Shown here: positions 6,772 to 15,598 of the stretch, one piece after another
Numbering within the stretch: the stretch's first letter is position 1
Layout of the letters: the number at the start of each line of letters is the position of its first letter
Assembly (NCBI GenBank): GCA_022703255.1
Contig: JAKLDZ010000001.1
Location: forward strand, 1-45,798
Origin: Myxococcota bacterium
GTDB taxonomy: Bacteria > Myxococcota_A > Polyangia > Polyangiales > Polyangiaceae
DNA length: 45,798 nucleotides
Direction of reading: 5' to 3'
Made by a program: the position numbers and the translations under genes
Notes under the pieces: generated by a model
What the model was told of the DNA's origin: nothing
What the model saw: the letters and a program-made list of their open reading frames with translations, nothing else
Databases searched by the model: none

Positions 6772-8211
6772 TCACAACATCGGCAGGAGGCACACCGCCG
6801 CAGCGGCGACGAGCGACGCCGCGAACACCGCGAGCAGGTACGATCGAGCCTGGAGCGTCCTGCGCAGGACTGCGCGCGCCGACGCCCGATGGGTCGCGAA
6901 CAGCAGCAGCGACTCCTCTCCCTTGCCGCTCATGCCCGGCTTGCCGTCGATGCGCTCGATCCTTCCGGCGGCGATCGCGCTCCACCCATGGTTGATCGAG
7001 AGCGTGAGCGTGTTGCCCTGACGCCGTCGCCGCGTGGTGGCCCACACGCCCTCGGTGCCGATCTCGAGCTCGCACTCGGAGGATTCGAGCAGGAAGGGGT
7101 GGGACGCGACGCTCGTGGACGTTCCCGCGTACTTGCCGAGGTAGGTCCGCACGCACTGGCGCACGACCGACTTGTCGCAGCGTATCACGCCCTCGACGAG
7201 CGCCCAGGCTCCCTCGTCGAAGGAGCCGCACTTCGACGCGGCACCGACGAGGAGTCCGGCGCGTGTGGCCGCCCGGCGGGTGAGGAGCCACTGCGTGAAG
7301 GCCAGCGCACCCACGCCGCAGAGGAGCAGGGTCGCATATCCGCGGAGCATGTTGGCGCGTAGCCCGGCGACCGCGCCTCTCTTGGTGAGGCTCACGGCGA
7401 GGGGGTCGCCGGATGCGAGCAGCGGAATCGACTCCGTCGCGGCGGCCAGGGCCGCGACCAGCACGATGGAGCCCCCGACTGCCCACAGCACGATCAGCGT
7501 GTCGCGCCCGTCCTCGAGCTTGTTGGCGCGCACGAAGTCGGGCAAGGCGCGCCGGTTGACTGCAGCGACGAGTGCGAAGAGCGCCAATCCGAGCGCGAGC
7601 CCCCATCCGCCCGCGAGGCAAGCGGCGGTCCTCGGCAGCAGCGCGGCCTGCACGATGCCCAGCCCGGCGAACAGCGCGAGGACCGCGCACACGATCGACC
7701 AGCCTGCTGCCCAGGGGTCTGGCTCGGTCTTCTTCGACTCGTTCCGACGCTCGTGCTTCTTGTTCTTGCGAGGGGTCTTGTTCGCGGACGGGTTGAGGAT
7801 GGTCGCAACGTCGATGCGGACGGGGACCGGCTCCGGCGGCTCGTCGCGGTACGAAGCGGCCTCCGTGTCCGGTGCGGCCCGCTGCAATTCCCCGTCGAGC
7901 ACGACCGCATCGCCATCGCGCGGCCCGCGACCGCGCAACGTGGCGGACACGTGGGGGCCAGGCGCGAGATCGGCGAACAGCTCGGCGGCCGCATTGGACT
8001 GGATCTCCGCCCATGTGCCCTTGCACACGATGGCTCCGTTCCAGCCCTTGATCGCCGCCCTCGACGCGTTCACCTCGACGAGGGTTCCGTCGTCCAGCCG
8101 GAGCCGGCAGGGCGCTCGTTGGCTGCGAGTGAGCTTGGAATCCCCCGCGCGCAGCTCGAAGTCGGCAACGAAACCCTCGCCGATCTCCAAGAAGCCTTCG
8201 AGCCTGTCCAT
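6772..8211 (-). CDS. hypothetical multi-pass membrane protein with soluble N-terminal and pre-C-terminal domains
   Basis: Within ORF 6772..8307; ATG at 8211 gives MDRLEGFLEIG. Hydrophobic helices include WSIVCAVLALFAGLGIVQAALL, GGWGLALGLALFALVAAV, LIVLWAVGGSIVLVAALAAA, YATLLLCGVGALAFTQWLL and the C-terminal YLLAVFAASLVAAAAVCLL. I recognise no family. A start at 8307 would overlap the divergent rSAM gene. Confidence 0.7.
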   Translation of the reverse strand: MDRLEGFLEIGEGFVADFELRAGDSKLTRSQRAPCRLRLDDGTLVEVNASRAAIKGWNGAIVCKGTWAEIQSNAAAELFADLAPGPHVSATLRGRGPRDGDAVVLDGELQRAAPDTEAASYRDEPPEPVPVRIDVATILNPSANKTPRKNKKHERRNESKKTEPDPWAAGWSIVCAVLALFAGLGIVQAALLPRTAACLAGGWGLALGLALFALVAAVNRRALPDFVRANKLEDGRDTLIVLWAVGGSIVLVAALAAATESIPLLASGDPLAVSLTKRGAVAGLRANMLRGYATLLLCGVGALAFTQWLLTRRAATRAGLLVGAASKCGSFDEGAWALVEGVIRCDKSVVRQCVRTYLGKYAGTSTSVASHPFLLESSECELEIGTEGVWATTRRRRQGNTLTLSINHGWSAIAAGRIERIDGKPGMSGKGEESLLLFATHRASARAVLRRTLQARSYLLAVFAASLVAAAAVCLLPML

Positions 8212-8278
8212 CGCTGCGTCGAGTCTACTCCGTCTCGCCCCTTCCTGTCTCCATCGGTCCGTTCCATCATGCCCGAGG

Positions 8279-9313
8279 ATGCCGCTCCCTCCTGTCGGAA
8301 CCATCACGGTAGAGCTGACGCACCGCTGCCATCGGCGTTGCAGCTTCTGCTACGTCACCGGTCGCACCGCGGCGGATGCCTCGCATGGCGATGAGTTGCC
8401 CGTCGATGTGATCGGCCCGGCCGTGGCGAAGCTCGTCCGCGACACCGGATGCAGGCGCCTTCAGCTCAGCGGAGGCGAGCCGCTGCTTCGTCCCGACCTG
8501 CTCCCCCTCATCGACGCGTTTCGGTCGTCGGGAGCTTCGGTCTCGATCATCACCGACGGCGCGCACCTGGATGCCGAGCTGGCGCGCGAGCTCGCCGACC
8601 GCCACGTGGGCCCGATCCAGCCGACGCTGCTGGCCGGCAGCGCGGCCATTCACGACCGCATGCGAGGAGAGGGCGCCTTCGCCGCCACCTCACGCGCCAT
8701 CGCGATCGGGTCGCGAGCCGGCCTGGAGGTCGTGGTCTGCATGGTGATCACGCGTCTCAACTGGGAGGAGTCGGCCCGGGTCGCCGAGCTCGCCTTCGCG
8801 CTCGGGGCACGAAGGTTCGCGCTGAGCAGGCTCTGCCCGGCGGGCGCTGCGCGCCCGTCCTACGACTCGCTGATGCCCGACGCTGAGCAAGTCCGTCGAG
8901 CGGCGGAGTCCGCTGCGGCGATGTGCCGATCGCTTCGCCTCCCCCTTGCCGCTGCCGTCGCCGTCCCGTCCTGTGTCTGGTCCGATCCCGACAACCCTCC
9001 GCTGTCGGTCGGCGTCTGCTCGATCATGGGACCTCGAACCACGATGACGATCGGTCCCGACGGCACCGTTCGATCCTGCTCGATGAGCGATCACGTGGTG
9101 GGGAGCCTGCTCACGGAGGACAGCGACGTGCTGCGCCAGAGGTTGTGGGACCAGGAGCTCGCGCCCATGCGCGCGGCAGCTCCCGGCCCGTGCGGAGGAT
9201 GCCCGCACTACGCGCGGTGCCTGGGGGGGTGTCGCTTGTCGGCGCGCGCGGTCTTCGGCGATCTGTCCCACGCGGACCCACTCGCTCCCTGCGCGGGCAG
9301 GCCGCAGAAGTAG
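8279..9313 (+). CDS. radical SAM enzyme with C-terminal SPASM domain (peptide/protein maturase type)
   Basis: ATG 8279 within ORF 7172..9313. CX3CX2C cluster in VELTHRCHRRCSFCY. The C-terminal part GPDGTVRSCSMSDHVVGSL...CGGCPHYARCLGGC matches the SPASM CX2CX5CX3C signature. 344 aa. Confidence 0.85.
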   Translation: MPLPPVGTITVELTHRCHRRCSFCYVTGRTAADASHGDELPVDVIGPAVAKLVRDTGCRRLQLSGGEPLLRPDLLPLIDAFRSSGASVSIITDGAHLDAELARELADRHVGPIQPTLLAGSAAIHDRMRGEGAFAATSRAIAIGSRAGLEVVVCMVITRLNWEESARVAELAFALGARRFALSRLCPAGAARPSYDSLMPDAEQVRRAAESAAAMCRSLRLPLAAAVAVPSCVWSDPDNPPLSVGVCSIMGPRTTMTIGPDGTVRSCSMSDHVVGSLLTEDSDVLRQRLWDQELAPMRAAAPGPCGGCPHYARCLGGCRLSARAVFGDLSHADPLAPCAGRPQK

Positions 9314-9358
9314 CCGCACACCGGCCCTTCCCGAACCTGGCGCACGGCGGTACGTTGG

Positions 9359-10318
9359 ATGGACGCCATGCGCATCTCCCGATCCGTGATGCTGGGCAGC
9401 TTCGCCGTCTTCGCCGCAGCCGGCCTGACCGGATGCGCTGGGGGCGGCGCTGCAGGTGTTGGGTGCATTGCGCTGGCCGCCGTGGCCTTCGCCCTCGGCT
9501 GCGGAGGCCAGGCGATATCGCAAGAAGGCGACACCGAGGCCGACGCCTCCGATGCGTCGCCCTTGCCCGATTCCAACACGGGCGTCGATGCCGTGACCGA
9601 GCCGGATGCGGCGCCACAGGTTGATGCCGTCCCTGTCGATTCGACGCCACCCGAAGACGCGCAGCCCGACGCGCCGGCGTGCGACGGCACGTGCCCGTCG
9701 GGGATGACGTGCGTGCAGGCCGCCTCGGGCTCGTGGTGCATGCCCGATGCCGATCGCGACGAGCTGATCGACAGCGCGGACAACTGTCCCTACGCGGCGA
9801 ACTCGGGGCAGCAGGATGCGGACAAGGACGGGGTCGGCGACGCGTGCGACGCGTGTTCCGGCCCGAACGACACGACCTCGTGCGGAGTCGAGTGCTGCAA
9901 CGACCCCGACGGTGACGGCATTGCCGGCACGAATGTGTGGGGCTCGGTGAGCTCGGACAAGGACAACTGCCCGTACATCCCGAATCCGGGACAACAGGAC
10001 GGCGACAACGACGGAGTCGGCGACGCCTGCGACCTGTGCCCGACGGTTCCGAACTTCCTATCACCGTGCGGTGACCCCTGTCTGGACTCGGACGGCGACG
10101 GTGTGGCCGACTTCGGCTACTGCGGCCAGGGGGACACGGATACGTGCCAGTTCAATCCGTCGGATCACCTCGGCGACGCGGACAAGGACAACATCGGAGA
10201 CGTGTGCGATCCCGACGGGATCCACCCGCTCGCGATGCGCCTGCGGATCCTGGAGCGTCTGCTGGGCGAGGGGGTGCTCGAGCCAGGGACGGTGGAGCTG
10301 GCAGCGACGACCGCGTGA
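9359..10318 (+). CDS. secreted lipoprotein with thrombospondin type 3 (calcium-binding) repeats
   Basis: Signal peptide with lipobox LTGC, plus a second hydrophobic stretch ending in FALGC. Repeats include [61 protein letters not shown] and [12 protein letters not shown]. It starts 45 nt after the rSAM stop. Confidence 0.85.
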   Translation: MDAMRISRSVMLGSFAVFAAAGLTGCAGGGAAGVGCIALAAVAFALGCGGQAISQEGDTEADASDASPLPDSNTGVDAVTEPDAAPQVDAVPVDSTPPEDAQPDAPACDGTCPSGMTCVQAASGSWCMPDADRDELIDSADNCPYAANSGQQDADKDGVGDACDACSGPNDTTSCGVECCNDPDGDGIAGTNVWGSVSSDKDNCPYIPNPGQQDGDNDGVGDACDLCPTVPNFLSPCGDPCLDSDGDGVADFGYCGQGDTDTCQFNPSDHLGDADKDNIGDVCDPDGIHPLAMRLRILERLLGEGVLEPGTVELAATTA

Positions 10319-10358
10319 GGTGTCCGCCCGTGGACGTCGGCGGGCGGATGTGGTCTCA

Positions 10359-11966
10359 ATGGTGGCGATGATCCGCCTGATCCTGAACCCGGGACGTCCC
10401 GACGAGCGGACGATCCCGCTGACCGCCGGAACGCATACGATTGGCCGGGCGCCGGAGAACGAGATCGCCATTCTCAACCACAGCCTTTCGCGGCGTCACG
10501 CCCGCATCGGGCGCTCCGGCGACGAGTGGTTCGTGGAGGACCTGGAGAGCAAGAACGGCACGCACGTGGACGGCGCGAGGGTCACGCGTCGTGCGCTGCA
10601 GGGGGGCGAGACGATCAAGTGTGGCGACGTCGTCATGCGAGTCGAGACCGGGGCGACAGCGCCGGCGGTCGCACCCGCACCGGTGGCCGCGCCCACGGTC
10701 GTGCGAAGCATTCACGAGGATCTGACGCGCATGGGGTTGGCGCGGCTGTTGGGCGGCGCCCCCGAGGGTCTGCGCAGCGCCTTGAACCTGCGCCAGGGAA
10801 ACGAGGGGGATCGCGCCCAGGACAAGCTGCGCGTCTTGCTCAAGGTCAGCCAGGCCTTGTCCACACCCGAGCCGATCGACAAGCAGCTCGACAAGATCCT
10901 CGACCTGCTCGTGCAGATCCTCGACGTGGACCGGGCGGCGATCCTGCTGGTGGCGGAAGGCGGGAAGCTGGAGCCGAGAGTCGTGCGGGCGCGGGATCCG
11001 AATGACACCGACGCGACATTCAGCCAGAGCATCGTGGGGTATGTGCGCGACAACAGCGTGGCCGCGTTGTTCTCCGACGCGACCCACGACCCTCGCCTGC
11101 AGGCTGCCCACAGCGTGTTCGGCTTCTCGATCCAGGCGTCGATGTGCGCGCCCCTCAAGCCGCGCGACGAGGTCCTTGGCGTGCTCTATGTGGACAACCG
11201 GACCTCGCCCAATCGCTTCCAGGAGGAGGACCTCGAGTTCCTGAGCGCCTTTGCGAACCAGGCGGCGATTGCCCTCGAGAACTCCACCCTGCTCGAGCGG
11301 CTGGAGCGCGAGGCGGTGCGACGCAACAACCTCCTGCGGTTCTTTCCTCCTTCGACCGCGGCCCGGTTCGCCGACCAGGCCGGCACCTCCCTGGAGCCCA
11401 TCGAGACGGAGGTCACCGCGCTCTTCTCCGACATCAGCGGATTCACCGCCATGAGCACCGCGATGAAGCCCAGGGAGGTCGTCGAGCTGCTCAACCAGTA
11501 CTTCCCGCCGATGGCGGACATCGTGTTCAAGCACGAGGGGACGCTCGAGAAGTACATCGGCGACGCCCTTCTCGCCGTCTGGGGTGCACCGTTCCGTCAC
11601 GAGGAGGATCCCCGGCGGGCCGTGCAGGCGGCGATTGACATGCAACGCGCCCTGTCCGACTTCAATGCACGCCGCGCGACGCAGCCGCCTCTGCGAATCC
11701 ACATCGGCATCAACACCGGTCCCGTGGCCGCGGGCAACATCGGTTCGGCGCACTACATCCAGTACGCCACCATCGGCGATACGACCAACGTCGCGAGCCG
11801 AATCTGCAACGCAGCCGTGGCCGGTGAAATCCTCCTGTCGGACACGACCCTGAAGCGCATCGGCAAGGGGGCATTCCCGACCGAAGCGCATCCCGCGATC
11901 CACGCGAAAGGAAAAGAGGGCACCCTCGTGGTGCATCGCGTGGTGTGGGATACCGAGAGCGAGTAG
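10359..11966 (+). CDS. FHA-GAF-class III adenylate/guanylate cyclase
   Basis: FHA domain: HTIGRAPENEIAILNHSLSRRHARI...FVEDLESKNGTHVDG. GAF domain: LKVSQALS...DRAAILLV...ASMCAPL. Cyclase domain: VTALFSDISGFTAMS, EKYIGDALLAVWGAP, IGINTGPVAAGNIG, IGDTTNVASRI. The Lys in KYIGD suggests ATP. ATG 10368 is an alternative start. Confidence 0.9.
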   Translation: MVAMIRLILNPGRPDERTIPLTAGTHTIGRAPENEIAILNHSLSRRHARIGRSGDEWFVEDLESKNGTHVDGARVTRRALQGGETIKCGDVVMRVETGATAPAVAPAPVAAPTVVRSIHEDLTRMGLARLLGGAPEGLRSALNLRQGNEGDRAQDKLRVLLKVSQALSTPEPIDKQLDKILDLLVQILDVDRAAILLVAEGGKLEPRVVRARDPNDTDATFSQSIVGYVRDNSVAALFSDATHDPRLQAAHSVFGFSIQASMCAPLKPRDEVLGVLYVDNRTSPNRFQEEDLEFLSAFANQAAIALENSTLLERLEREAVRRNNLLRFFPPSTAARFADQAGTSLEPIETEVTALFSDISGFTAMSTAMKPREVVELLNQYFPPMADIVFKHEGTLEKYIGDALLAVWGAPFRHEEDPRRAVQAAIDMQRALSDFNARRATQPPLRIHIGINTGPVAAGNIGSAHYIQYATIGDTTNVASRICNAAVAGEILLSDTTLKRIGKGAFPTEAHPAIHAKGKEGTLVVHRVVWDTESE

Positions 11967-11980
11967 CAGGAGGCGAACCG

Positions 11981-11999
11981 CTGCGCCTTCATTGCGCAG
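11981..11999. terminator. hairpin between convergent cyclase and S8 genes
   Basis: CTGCGC-CTTCATT-GCGCAG, a 6-bp stem, lies 15 nt after the cyclase stop. There is no clear U-tract. Confidence 0.25.
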
Positions 12000-12023
12000 C
12001 TTCCACTGCTCCCTGTCGATCGC

Positions 12024-12803
12024 TCACGCGTCGCGCGACGCGGCCGCTCGTTCGCAAGCGCCCGCGGCATCCCTGAGCAGACTCTTGATCTCGAAGGGGC
12101 GCAGGCCGGGGAATGTCCCCAGGAGCAGCGCGCACATCGCCGATACCGCCGGCGTCGCGAAGCTCGTCCCCGTCTTCGTCGTGTATCCGCCCCCCGGCGC
12201 CGCCACCGGCACGTCCTCGCCGTGGGCCACGAACTCGATGGGTACGCCTGCGCGATACCGGAGCTCGTACGGGGACGCGAATCGCGCGCAATCGACTGCC
12301 ACGCAAGAAGAGAACTCCGCTGGATAGCCATTGTCTGCGAGAGGCATGTTCCGCTTCGACGCCACCACCACCTGCCCTTGCCGGTAGGCGGCGTCGCACA
12401 GGGCCATGAGCGATTGGGAATAGGGTGCAGTCGCCGCGAGGCTCATGTTCACCACCGGACAGCGCCTCGCCAGCGCGACCCGCATCCCCTCGATCAGCGC
12501 GGCGCCCGCGCCGCTCTGCGTGGCCCCCAGCACCCGGACGTCCACGATGCGCGCGCACGGAGCCATTCGCGTCACGATGCTGGCCACGGCCGTCCCATGC
12601 CCGAATCCGTCGTTGTTGTCCCCCACCGGAAGCTCGATCGGGCGCAGCTTGCCTTGCACGCAGTCGATGCGGAATGCCCCCGAGACTCTCCCTCTCAGAT
12701 CGGGGTGCGATGCGTCGACTCCGCTGTCGATCACCGCCACCTCGACCGCACCCAGACCCGTGGTGAGCTCGTCGATTCGGCGTCCCAGCGCTTCGCGCAG
12801 CAT
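12024..12803 (-). CDS. minimal cytoplasmic subtilisin-like (S8) serine protease
   Basis: Catalytic motifs VIDSGVD (Asp), GHGTAVAS (His), VNMSLA (oxyanion Asn) and GTSFATPAVS (Ser). About 259 aa with no signal peptide and no prodomain. The alternative GTG start at 12836 would overlap the upstream GAF gene. Confidence 0.8.
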   Translation of the reverse strand: MLREALGRRIDELTTGLGAVEVAVIDSGVDASHPDLRGRVSGAFRIDCVQGKLRPIELPVGDNNDGFGHGTAVASIVTRMAPCARIVDVRVLGATQSGAGAALIEGMRVALARRCPVVNMSLAATAPYSQSLMALCDAAYRQGQVVVASKRNMPLADNGYPAEFSSCVAVDCARFASPYELRYRAGVPIEFVAHGEDVPVAAPGGGYTTKTGTSFATPAVSAMCALLLGTFPGLRPFEIKSLLRDAAGACERAAASRDA

Positions 12804-12814
12804 GTTTGTCGAGC

Positions 12815-13480
12815 TCACGCCGCGCCGCCCACGCACAAGCCTTCCACCGTCTCCATGAGGTGGGCCACGAGCACCAGCGCGTCAGGGCGCGCCTCCGCGA
12901 TCCGCATGACCGAAGACACGATCGACGCCTCGAGCGGAGGCAAGGCAGAGGCGTCCTGCAGCGTGGTCTCCTCGCCACCGCGTTGCAGCGCGTTGAGCCG
13001 GTGACGCTGCTGCACCACGACCCCGGCCACGGCGGCGAGCTTGCCGTACAGCTCCGCTTCGCGGCTCCCGAACCGCTTGCCCTGCGCGAACGTCACCGCC
13101 GTGATCACCCCCACCACGCTCTCCCCCACCACCATCGGCGCCGCGATGACCGACTGCGGTCCTTCGCTCGCTCCTCGCTCCAACGCCTGCTGTACCTGCG
13201 AGAACGTCGGCGCGCCGAGCTGGACCTCCCGCGTCGCCGCCGCCAGCCCGGTGATCCCCTGTCCCAACGGAACCCGCTGCCCGGCCAGCGCCCGCTCCGA
13301 CGTCTTGCTTCCCACCGTCATCGCGAACACCAGATCCCCGGCCAACTCATCGAGCACCAGCAGCGATCCCTCCTCGGCCCCCACGACCTGGATTCCCAGC
13401 TCGATCAGCAGGCGCAACACGGCCTCTTCCGGACTCTGCGGAGCGATCGAGAGGTAGGTCGAGAGCGCGGTGTTCGTCAT
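12815..13480 (-). CDS. stand-alone GAF domain protein
   Basis: ATG 13480 (MTNTALSTYL) within ORF 12815..13588. GAF-like core EGSLLVLDELAGDLVFAMTVG...PLGQGITGLAAATREV...SVIAAPMVVGESVVGVITAV. Its stop lies 11 nt upstream of the S8 ATG. Confidence 0.8.
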   Translation of the reverse strand: MTNTALSTYLSIAPQSPEEAVLRLLIELGIQVVGAEEGSLLVLDELAGDLVFAMTVGSKTSERALAGQRVPLGQGITGLAAATREVQLGAPTFSQVQQALERGASEGPQSVIAAPMVVGESVVGVITAVTFAQGKRFGSREAELYGKLAAVAGVVVQQRHRLNALQRGGEETTLQDASALPPLEASIVSSVMRIAEARPDALVLVAHLMETVEGLCVGGAA

Positions 13481-13721
13481 GATGAGCCCCTGCTCGTCGC
13501 GGTCCGAACGTGGACCCGGGACGGTGCGCGAAGAGGATAGCCGTCCGGTGCGCGCACGGGTAGCGGTCTGCGCCCGCTCGCTGCGCATCGGATGACACCA
13601 GAGCCGTCGCCGGTCTTCCAGCAGCCGATCCGTCCGGCCCGCCCCGCTGTTCGATCCCCGTGCGATGCGCTATACGCTGCGTGCCGATCGTCGGCTCACT
13701 CCGAAGCCGGAGGCCCGAATC

Positions 13722-15563
13722 ATGCGCGTACCGTTCCGAGACAAGCTCAAGCAAGGCACCGTCGTGTTCGACGGCGGCATGGGAACCATGCTGTACGCGC
13801 GCGGCGTGTACATCAATCGCTCCTTCGAAGAGCTCAACCTCTCGGCGCCTCACGTGGTCAAGCAGGTTCACGAGGAGTACCTGCGGGCCGGCGCCGACGT
13901 CATCGAGACCAACACCTTCGGCGCGGGGACCTTCCGCCTCGAACCCCATGGCCTCGCAGGGAAGATGCGCGAGATCAACCTGGCGGGCGCCAGGATCGCC
14001 CGCGAGGTCGCCGGCGATGACCACTGGGTCGCCGGCGCCGTCGGCCCCCTCGGCGTGCAGATCGAACCCCTCGGACGCCTCGCGTTCGACGAGGCTCGCG
14101 CGGAGTTCCGCGCGCGCATCGAGCCGCTCGTCGAAGGCGGCGTGGACGTGATCATCCTCGAGACGTTCCTGCACCTTCCCGAGATCGAGCAGGCGATCCT
14201 GGCCGCGCGCGACGTCTGCGACCTGCCGGTCATCGCCCAGGTCGTGATCAGCTCGGGGACGCACCTGGCCCTGGGCACGCCGATCGAAGAGGCGACGCGC
14301 AAGCTCGACGAGTTCGCGCCCGACGTGATCGGGCTCAACTGCGCGGTGGGACCCAAGGAGATGCTCGACGCGCTCGAGCTGATGCTCCCGCTGACGGAGC
14401 GTCCGATCTCCCTGATGCCGAACGCCGGCGCCCCGCGCAACGTCGAAGGGAGGATGATCTACCTCACCTCGCCGGAGTACCTCGCCGAGTACGCCAAGCG
14501 CTACATCCAGACCGGCGCCCGCATCGTCGGCGGATGCTGCGGCACCACGCCCGATCACATCCGCGCCGTGCGCAAGGCCGTCTCCGCCCTCGAACCCCCC
14601 GCGCGAAAAACCGTCGTCCAGAGCCCCGGCGCGGAACCGCCTGCCTCGATCCGCCCGATTGCATTGCCGGAAAAGTCCCGGCTCGCCTGCCGTCTGGTCG
14701 ATGGACGCTTCGTCACGATGTGCGAGCTGGTGTCGCCGCGCGGCATCTCCGCGGAGCGCGAGGTCGGGATGGCGCGCCAGCTCTTCCACCACGGCGTGGA
14801 CGCGATCAACATCCCCGACGGTCCCCGGGCCAGCTCCCGCATGTCCGCGCTCGCCCTCGCCGTGCTCATCCAGCAGCGGGTCGGCATCGAGGTGCTCCTG
14901 CACTACACCTGCCGCGATCGCAATGTCATCGGCATGCAGAGCGACCTGCTCGGCGCCTGGGCACTGGGCATCCGCAACATCCTCGCCGTCACAGGCGATC
15001 CTCCCAAGCTCGGCAACTACCCCGACGCGACCGCCGTCTTCGACGTCGACTCGATCGGTCTGACCAACCTCCTCGCGCGGCTGAATCGCGGCTTGGATCT
15101 CGGCGGAAACCCGATCGGCGCGCCGACCGGCTTCCATGTCGGTGTGGGCGCCAACCCGGGTGCGCTCAACCTCGACGAGGAGCTGCGACGGCTCGACTGG
15201 AAGGTCGAGGCCGGAGCCGAGTTCATCATCACCCAGCCGGTGTTCGACCTCGACCTCTTCGATCGCTTCTACAAGCGCGTCGAGCACGTGAAGATCCCGC
15301 TCATCGCGGGGATCTGGCCGCTGGTGTCCCTGCGCAATGCCGAGTTCCTCAACAACGAAGTGCCGGGCGCCCACGTGCCGGAGCCCGTCATGGATCGTCT
15401 GCGCGCCGCACGAAGCCCCGAGGAGTCCCTCTCCATCGGCGCAGCCATTGCCCGCGAGATGCTCGACCAGCTCCGAACGCGCACCCGTGGCGTGCAGATT
15501 GCCGTCCCCTTCGGCAAGGTCGGCATGGTGCTCGACATCCTCGGCGGCGTGCTGCGCGAATAG
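13722..15563 (+). CDS. yitJ: bifunctional homocysteine S-methyltransferase / 5,10-methylenetetrahydrofolate reductase
   Basis: N-terminal S-methyltransferase domain (FDGGMGTMLY, ETNTFGA, GGCCGTTPDHI) fused to an MTHFR domain (CELVSPRG, HYTCRDRN, AVTGDPPK, FIITQPVFD). GGAGG lies 8 nt before ATG 13722. Confidence 0.9.
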   Translation: MRVPFRDKLKQGTVVFDGGMGTMLYARGVYINRSFEELNLSAPHVVKQVHEEYLRAGADVIETNTFGAGTFRLEPHGLAGKMREINLAGARIAREVAGDDHWVAGAVGPLGVQIEPLGRLAFDEARAEFRARIEPLVEGGVDVIILETFLHLPEIEQAILAARDVCDLPVIAQVVISSGTHLALGTPIEEATRKLDEFAPDVIGLNCAVGPKEMLDALELMLPLTERPISLMPNAGAPRNVEGRMIYLTSPEYLAEYAKRYIQTGARIVGGCCGTTPDHIRAVRKAVSALEPPARKTVVQSPGAEPPASIRPIALPEKSRLACRLVDGRFVTMCELVSPRGISAEREVGMARQLFHHGVDAINIPDGPRASSRMSALALAVLIQQRVGIEVLLHYTCRDRNVIGMQSDLLGAWALGIRNILAVTGDPPKLGNYPDATAVFDVDSIGLTNLLARLNRGLDLGGNPIGAPTGFHVGVGANPGALNLDEELRRLDWKVEAGAEFIITQPVFDLDLFDRFYKRVEHVKIPLIAGIWPLVSLRNAEFLNNEVPGAHVPEPVMDRLRAARSPEESLSIGAAIAREMLDQLRTRTRGVQIAVPFGKVGMVLDILGGVLRE

Positions 15564-15598
15564 TCCCCCGTCCACCACAGGCGTAAGCTCGCCTTCGC

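Noticed and set aside
8212-8278. Short RiPP precursor ORF next to the rSAM/SPASM gene (also checked 9314-9358)
   Set aside because: The gaps are 67 nt and 45 nt and contain no ORF with a start codon and ribosome-binding site. No small ORF with a plausible leader and core was seen on either strand adjacent to the enzyme.
13481-13721. Possible SAM (S-box) or other riboswitch in the 240-nt leader of the yitJ-like gene
   Set aside because: B. subtilis yitJ is S-box regulated, so I looked for conserved SAM-I elements (GAGGGA, GGCCC, GCAACC, the AGA-GA closing motif), for the SAH riboswitch core and for a B12 box. I could not find them. Only generic GC hairpins are present, for example GCCGATCGTCGGC at 13683-13695. 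An Infernal/Rfam scan would settle this.
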